A DNA stretch of 64,000 nucleotides, taken from IMG/VR virus record IMGVR_UViG_3300027374_000252; one strand, 5' to 3'. This stretch comes from an uncultured virus (IMG/VR IMGVR_UViG_3300027374_000252) (Duplodnaviria; Heunggongvirae; Uroviricota; Caudoviricetes). This document shows, piece after piece, positions 10,401-19,400 of the stretch. The notes under the pieces were generated by a model. It made no database searches. It was not told the origin of the DNA and saw only the letters and a list, made by a program, of their open reading frames with translations. Made by a program: the position numbers and the translations under genes. Within the stretch, counting starts at the first letter, position 1; every line of letters starts with the position of its first letter.

Positions 10401-13400
10401 GAATATACACGCGCTCAATGGCCGCGCGTACAAGAAACTGTCGTCGATACTAAGGGAGGCCTTCAGGGAGGAGAGCGCAGAGAGCGCAGAGAACTCGGAG
10501 AAGGAGGAGAGCGCGGAGATGAAGGAATAGCTGAGGAGGCTGAGATTGCATCGGAAGAGGATGCGCTTAACTCTCGCATTGAGGTTAAGGATGATGACTG
10601 GACTGAGGAAGGTGGTTACACTCCGACCCTCAAACGCACTGTTGTCATTGACGGCATTCATAATGTGACACAGGTCGATGCTCCTAATGACAAGGGGGAT
10701 TATACAGGCTCAATATTTGAGTATGACGGCAAGGCATTCGGAGACCTCCGAGAGGTAATATCTTATATAGACAGCTCACGACCTGCTACGATAGGAGAAC
10801 AGGTAGCCGAAGCGGAAGCTGAGGTGAACACCACTCCGACCGATGGGCAGAAGAAAGCCGGGAATTACAAGAAGGGTCATGTGCAAGTGGGAACATTTGA
10901 CGTGACCATCGAGAATCCGAAAGGCTCAAAGCGCAGCGGCACAGACCCGGACGGCAAGAAATGGGAAACCACCATGACCCACACCTACGGCTATATCCTT
11001 GGCACTAAAGGTGTGGACGGTGATCATATTGACGTTTATATTTCTTCCGACATAGACGGATGGAACGGCAGGAAGGTGTTTGTCGTTGACCAATATAATC
11101 CCGATGGCTCATTCGATGAGCATAAGGTTATGCTTGGCTTCAATGACAAAGTGGATGCCATACAAGCCTATCTATCCAACTATGAGGATGGATGGGAGAA
11201 AGGACGCAGGCTCGTTTTCTCTACCGTCAGCATAGAGGACTTTGAGAAATGGATTGAATCCTCACACCGCAAGCAGAAGCCTTTCAAAGAATACAAGAGC
11301 GTACACATCGAAGAATCACATGAGGGAGGCAAGGACGAACTTCACGATGAGGTAAGGCAGTGGCTCGGCAAGAAAGGATTAGAGCCGGATGAAGCATCAC
11401 GAAGCGCAGTCATGCGCTATTTCAGGATCGGCTACAACCGGGCAGGAAAAATCCTCAACGCCATAGCTGAGGAGAATGCCGCCAACCAACATGAGGAGGC
11501 AACCCCGGCACAGGAACAAACCACCTCAACCTCAACAGAAGGCTACACCATAGTGTCAAAGCCCTACACCAACAAGCAGGGTAAGACGCTCGACACCCAT
11601 CTTGTAACCTTTGACCGGGACTTCTCAAAAGAGGAGCAGAAAAGAATCCGCGCCATGGCAAAGGAGAAGAAGGGTTGGCCAGACCGCGAGACAGGAGGAT
11701 ACATGCTGCGCAGCCGAGAGGACGCGGAGGAATTTGCCGCTTCCGTCATGAACATCAATGCGACTTCTACCGCTGACGCTCCTGTCAGCCTAAGCGACAT
11801 TGAATCGGCAATAAAACCCGCAGAAACGGAAATTTCCTCTTCACCTGCCGATAAACCTGCTGACGCAGAGGCTAAGCCGGAGAAGAAGCCGAGCAAGTGG
11901 GTGGACGAGGAAGACGCTGAGGAATTCGAGCGACTGAGAAACATTCTCCGCAACGGACTCGGACAGCTCAACATGGGTTTCCCTCCGGAGCTACTCTATG
12001 CTGGAGGGAAGATGAGTTACCTCATGATGAAACACGGCGTGAGGAAGTTTGCCGAGTATGCCACCGCTATGATAGAGGAACTCGGTGATGCGATACGGCC
12101 TCATCTGAAATCCCTATACAACTTCACTCGATCTACAGAAGAAGTCATGGAGAGCGAATGGGCAGACGAGCTTACACCATTTGACGAGGTAATGAAGTTT
12201 GATACCGCCAACTTCGGGAAACCCAATGTCGATGCTATGGCTACCGCTGAGAATGTTGTCGCAGAAGAAGCGAGTCAACAGCATCTGGAAGATGCCGTCA
12301 ACACCATCAAGGACTCCATAAGGCAGAATCCGGACGGAAGCACCTCACAGACAATTAACGAAGGTGGAACGGAGATTGAAGTAACAGAGGGTGATTTCAT
12401 CCCCGGTGTCTATCCTCCAATAGACGATAAGCCTACAAAGCCGGGAAAGAAGAAGCCATCCAAGTCCAAACCTGCCGAGCAGAAGCCGACCACCGGACAG
12501 CTCGACCTCTTCGAGGAGGAAGAGGAGCAGATAATCAATGACATAATCGATGATACCACTCCACCCGAACCGAAGCCGGAGGCAGAACTTTCGGGAGACT
12601 CGGCAGACTACCAGGAGCGCACAAGACAGGAGCGAGATTTGGTAGATGATATTGTTATTGAAATCATGAAGCGCACAGACATGAGGGAGCGAGGCGATGA
12701 AAAGGTTACACTCACTATGCGCGACATCAGGGGAATGCTTGAAAACTACTCTCTTCTCGCGGACATATCCGCAACCGACTTGCAGGAACTTGTAGAGAGA
12801 GCCATGACCATACTGACGCGCACGGCTGCAAAGACCTGTCAACTTGACCCGCGCAAGGGATATGACCGAGTAGTGGCTTACTATAATATGCAGCCAAGCC
12901 TCAATGCAAGAGACAGCGAAAGGTTGATAAAACAGCAGTACAGCACCCCTACGCCTTTCGGCTACGTCATGGGTCAGTTTGTCAATGCCAAGAATGATGC
13001 AAAGAGCATTCTTGAACCGAGCGCAGGGAACGGAGCATTGACAATCATGTTCAATCCCGCCACCGTCCATGTGAACGACATAGACGAGCGTAGGCTTGAA
13101 AACCTCCGTACACTTGGCTACGGCACAGTTACGGCACAGAACGGACTCCTGCCATTCGAGGGGGAGAAAGTTGACGGTGTTCTTACCAATCCACCTTTCG
13201 GGAGCGTGACCGAAAAGGTATATGACGGAGTATTCAAGATTTCCTCCCTTGAGGGACAGATGGCTATAAACGCCCTCGACTCCATGAAAGACGGAGGACG
13301 AGCCGCCATAATCATAGGTGGCAACACAAGTTATCGCACAAACGGGTCGATGAATCCGAAAGATGCGGCATTTTTTGGTTATCTTTACAGCCACTATAAT

Positions 13401-16400
13401 GTATCTGACGTTATCAATATAAGCGGCAAGGCACTCTATGCGCGAAACGGCACAGGCTATGACGTGCGTATGATATTGATAAACGGACGGAAGACAGGGG
13501 AATTTTCGCGTGTCTATCCTCCTGTAAAGTCGAAAGCCCGCGCTGAACAGGTAACAACATTCGATGAACTTTACAAACGAGTACAAGATGATATACAGCA
13601 AGTTTTCCAAATGGGGAATAAGCCTGCCGATGTGCAGCCCGAAGCAGAGTCAACCGCTGACGGAGGAACGAGTACGCCTGTTCGTAGCGGAGGCAATAAC
13701 CCGAACAAAGGAGCAAGGGAACGACCCGACACAACAGGCTATGGAAGCGGAAGTGCATCCGGGTCCAATATCGAGCAACCTTCATCCGGAAATGGAGGAA
13801 GCAGACCTGTTGGAGTGGATAATGGAGACGCAGGAAATGCAGGAGGCACTGACAATGTTCAGAGACCTCAATCCTCAGCGTCCGGAAGCAATGGAAGTGG
13901 AAGCCCACAAAATGACGGAGGAAGAAGTGGAGGCAACGGACGTGACGCAGCTTCTTCTCGACCTAACAGCAACGGAGAGCGACTGGCAGTAAAGCCTGAC
14001 CTTACCACAGAGAAAGTCCCATATCCCAACCAAAGCGACAACGGCTTCACATTGCTGTCGGTCGTACCTGCGGCACAGGCAGAGGTATTGCAGAGAAGCC
14101 TTGCCGAGATTGGAGATGTTGACCAATTCCTTGTAGATGAACTTGGCTATTCAAGCAAGGAGGAACTTTACAGTTACCTTGCAGCCGAGCAGATAGACAG
14201 TGTAGCACTCGCCATACATCAGATGAATAAAGGGAACGCCTTTATCATCGGCGATATGACAGGTGTAGGCAAAGGGAGACAGGGAGCAGCCCTAATCCGT
14301 TATGGAGTAAGGCAAGGCAGATGCCCGATTTACTTCACACAAAAACCAACTCTTTTCACAGATAACTACCGAGACCTTGCGGATATCGGGAGCAGTGAGC
14401 TCCGACCGTTCATCATTGCTACGGATGATAAGGAGCATACGCCATATATCAGAGATTTCAACGGTAATGTGATTCATAAACTTCCTACAAAGCTGGAAAG
14501 GGCAATGGTCTTCAAGTATATCATGAAGAACGGCCGATTACCGAAAGGATACGACTATGTGATAACCACATACAGCCAGATCCAGAATGGTAATCTTGAT
14601 TATGAACCCAAGGAAGATGGATGGGTGACCGTCCCTAAAAAATACGGTAAGGGAAAGAGCGAGACAGCTAATGACCGGAAAGGTCAGGAAAGAAGAAATG
14701 TACTTGCGCGACTGGCTATGGGGACTGCTCCGGGTCAGGGTAATATTGTCATACTTGACGAGAGTCATACTGTCGGTGGTGACAGCGGAAGCGGACGTTA
14801 CATGCAGATGCTTACCTCTAATGCGTATGGTGTAACGTTTATGTCTGCTACCTTTGCAAAGAGAGCTGGCAACATGCCCATCTATGCACAGCGCACGGCA
14901 ATATCGGAAGCCGGAGTGAACGCCAACGAACTTATTGAGGCTATAGCCAAAGGGGGCGTGACCTTGCAGGAAATCATGTCAAAGCAGTTGGTGGAGTCCG
15001 GTCAGATGATACGCAGGGAGCGCAGTTTTGAGGGTGTCACCATTGATTGGCTCAGCGTAGAGGAAGAGACGGACCGCAAGCAGAGAGAGCAGTTTAACGA
15101 GGTAGCCAACATCTTCAACAGTATCCGGAATTTCCAAAATGACTTCATCAAGCCTATCATAGACGGCATGAATGAAGATGCTGCCGAGACGGGAGGCACC
15201 GTAGGACAGACACAAGGCACTAAGGATATGGGCGTAAGGAATACTCCTTTTGCCTCCAAGATGTATAATCTCGTCAATCAGTTACTCTTCGCCCTCAAAG
15301 TAGATGCAGTGGCAGACCGGGTAATAGAAAATCTCAGCAACGGATTCAAGCCTGTAATCAGCTTCACCAATACAATGGAGGGATTTCTTGCCTCTGCACC
15401 GAAAGGTGTAGCCATGGACGAAGTGCCAAACTTCTCTCTTACTTTGATGAGGGCACTCGATGGAGTTATGCGATTTACCGAAAATGATGCAGACCAGAAC
15501 AGTGAGGGAGGTCAAATTACAGTGGGGCAGCTATCGCCGGAGGGACAGGCTGCATACAATGCCATCAAGGGAAAAATCATGAACCTCAGCGCAGACCTGC
15601 CTATCTCTCCTATGGATGCCATACGCATGAAGATAGAGGAGGCAGGATACACAGTAGCCGAAATAACAGGACGTACCACACAGCTGAACCGCACTGAAGA
15701 TGGACGCTACATTGTAGAGGGCAGGAAAGACCGCGACAAGAAAGCCGCCATGCGCGACTTCAATGCCGGGAAGCTCGATGTACTCATGATAAATAAATCC
15801 GGTTCTACAGGAATCTCCCTTCACGCCTCAAGCAAGTTTGAGGATCAGCGTCAGCGTGTCATGGTATTCGCTCAATTCCAAAGCGACATCAACGATGAGG
15901 TTCAGATGAGAGGACGTATCGACCGAAGCGGACAGGTAGTCAGAGGTCGATATGAATACATCATGTCCACGATTCCGGCAGAGCAGAGAATCCAAATGAT
16001 GTTTAAGGCTAAGTTGAAAAGTCTCGACGCCAACACCACATCATCGCAGAAATCGAAGTTTAATGAAATGGAGATTGTTGATTACCTCAACAAGTACGGT
16101 GATGAAGTGGTATGGGAATACATGAAAGAGCATCCGGAACTTTCAGACCGTCTTGGAGACCCTCTTAAAATGCTACAGGATAAAGACGAGGACGGAGCAG
16201 CCCGCACATCTGAAAAAGAGGACTCCTCCCAAAAGTCAGACTGTGCAGGAGAAATCTCCCGCTATCTTGCCTTCCTTTCTGTGGAGGAACAGGACGAAAT
16301 CTTCAAAGAGATTACAGAGGCGTATAAAGTGAAGATACAGCTTCTTGACGACGCAGGAGAGAATGACCTTGAAATCACCACAATGCCATTGAGAGCCGAG

Positions 16401-19400
16401 ACCAAGAGCAAACAAATATGGCATAATGGAGAGAACCCCGGCAGCGGCAACGCTTTCGCTGACAACACTTATGTTGAAGAAGTGGAAGTTGACGTGCTTA
16501 AAAAGCCTATGAAGCGCACAGAGATAGAGGATATGACCCGTAAACTCATGGGCGATAAGATAACCACCGCTGCCGAGTACGACCAAACGCGCTATGGCAT
16601 GAAGGATGGTGAACTTAATTGGGGCCGTTATGCCGACAAGAAGATTGAAGAAGTCAATAATTTCTTCAGTGCCAAAGCTGATGATGCAGTCGCAAAGATG
16701 AAGGAAACCGGAGAATCGCGAGTTTCCAAAGCCAGGGAGAAATCCGTCAAGGACGCTATCAAGGCACGCGCCAAAGGGGAAAACACATTCAGCGACCAAG
16801 AGATAGAAGCTCTCGCAGATGTTGTAGCCAAGGAAGCGCAGGACAAAGAGGAAATGAAGCAGTATAGGCGGCGTGAGGAAATAAACAACGTCCGCGACCA
16901 AATCACGCATCTTCTCGGCAGACTGAGAGCCGGACACATCTATGTAGTTCCGCAGGACTTGAAACAGGCTACCGCCGATATGTTCACTCAGACTTTCGGC
17001 ACATTCGTTGGCTTCAAGTTCAATAAGAGTTACACCCTTGGTTCATCGACCGCCATATTCGCCACACTTGACGGAAGAAGAAAGGTAGAACTTGCCCTTA
17101 ACGATAAGGCCATAGAAACTATTATACGATGCACTGATACAGCACTCCGATATTCGCCAAAGGAGATCAATGCTATCTCAATGGATAATTGGGACAGTAA
17201 GGTTCCCACCAAAACACGTCAGACACGCCATATCATCACAGGCAATCTACTTCAAGCACTCGTTGACACTGAAAAGGGAGAAAAGACTAAGGGCAACCTT
17301 ATTAGTTTCTCCACCAATGACGGCAATACCCGGCAGGGCATTCTCATGAGTGAAAACTTCAAGCCTACCGACCTCCGCAGCAGTGTACCTTTGCGCTCAC
17401 GTCTGAAACAGATACAGGACGGCATAACAGTTGTCAGTGAGAATGGAGACGTGCAGATTGAGAGAGTTGATTTTGATTGGAAGCACCGGGGCGAGTATGA
17501 GCTTAAAGTACCGAAGTCAAAGCAACGCGGAGGAATCTACTCCATGCACACGGATTTATTGAAGCTCATTGACGGTCATAATTTCAACAGCAAGGGCAAC
17601 TATATGATAGGATATATCCTGCCGGAAAATCTTGCCAAAGTTGTTGATATGCTCAGCCGTGCGCCTTTCAATCTGACAGTGTTGGAGGAATCAAAGTTGA
17701 CAGAAACCACCGATTCTTCTCAGCGCAATGTTGAAGACGATAGTGACCTCAGATTTCGCATTCGTGAAGAGGAGCCTCCAAAGCAGACAGGTATAGGATA
17801 TGAACCTCAGAAACGTCAAACCGGAGCAATAACAGATGAGCAGATTAATGAACTCAACTCACAGTTTGCCCAAAGAGAGCGTGACGGATATGGCGCATAC
17901 TCGGATGCTGAGGTTTCTATGGAGAATGACCCGTGGAGCAAGGCTTGGGGTGAAAGCATCCGGACGAAACGACAGCAGAAACAATTTGCTGAAAGAGAGC
18001 GTAAACGTATGCGAGACCGTGCCAAATCTCTATCTTCCGTTCTTGGCATAGACATCGAAGTCATTGAAGACGCTTCTTCCCTAAAAGGCAAGAAGCAGAG
18101 AGCCAAAGGATGGTATGATACCAAGACCGGGAAAATCACTGTTGTTGTCGGCAATCATAATTCAGCGGCAGACATGGAGGCTACCATACTCCATGAGGCA
18201 GTCGCACATCATGGTTTGCGTCAGTTGCTTGGCGAACATTTTGACGAATTTCTTGATAAGGTATATGAAGCCGCCGACAATGGCATCAAGGAGCAGATAG
18301 ACCTGTTGGCATCCCGTAACGGTTGGAACAGGCGAGTTGCTACTGAGGAATATCTTGCCGGACTTGCCGAGGAGACAGAGTTTGACCGGGCAGAGGAACG
18401 TGTCAGTGGATGGTTTGACAAAATCAAGCGATTCTTCATTGATATGCTTTTCAAGGCAGGGTTCAAGCACATAAAACCCGGAAGCATCGGAGACAATGAA
18501 CTTCGGTATATCCTTTGGCGTAGTTATCAGAACTTGGCTAATCCCGGTCGTTACCGTGCCTTTGAATGGGAAGCGGAGGATGTGGCCATGCAGTATAAGC
18601 TGCAAGTGGGAGAATACGGACATAGAGAAGATGCTACGGAGAGAAAAGTGGCGGAGGCAGGAGAACTGTATGAGCTGAACGAACGGTTTAACAGGGAACT
18701 TGAAATGCAGATTGACGGGACCTTACCAGCAGGGCATGTTTATAATATGGGTATGCCGAGCAAGGAGTTGCTGTCAACCGGTATAGCTCGTCTGCCAATA
18801 AGGTTGTCAGCATCAGTGCTGAATGTGAAATCGAATCTTGAGAGGCATGCTTATGATTTGTCGTCAGTAAGAAATCTTGTGAATGCCATCCAAAAGCCTT
18901 GGGCTATATTTTCATATGGCGACAAGGGGAAAGCACAGAATCTGATAATAGGAATAGAGGATGGAGGGCGTCAATTTCTCGTTGGAATCTCCATAAATCC
19001 GACAGTAAAGGGGGTGACATTGGAGATAAACAGCATCAGGAATGTGTTCCCTAAGAATAATCATGAGTGGATAAACTGGATAAATGAAGGGAAACTGCTT
19101 CGGGTAGATGGTAAAAAAGAAATCCAAGCCATCATAGCCAAGCTCCGAATGAATCCCGTGGCCTTTGACTATGTTGACTTGGATAATGCCACAAAGATAG
19201 TTGAAAATTTTGAGAATCCAACTATCGGAGAGCAGAATAATAACAACGGAGGAGAAGATACTGTTCTATTCCGTGACGGGGACTTCACGCCAAGAGACCG
19301 GAAACTGGCGGCTGATGTATATGAGAAGATGCTGAGCCGTGGGAGCTGGCAATTTCGTGAAGCAACGCAGGATTCTATGCTTGGACTCAAAACCTTATAT

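Noticed and set aside
12345..13610. 421-aa antisense ORF in the giant gene
   Set aside because: Antisense shadow of the MTase region with no recognisable motifs
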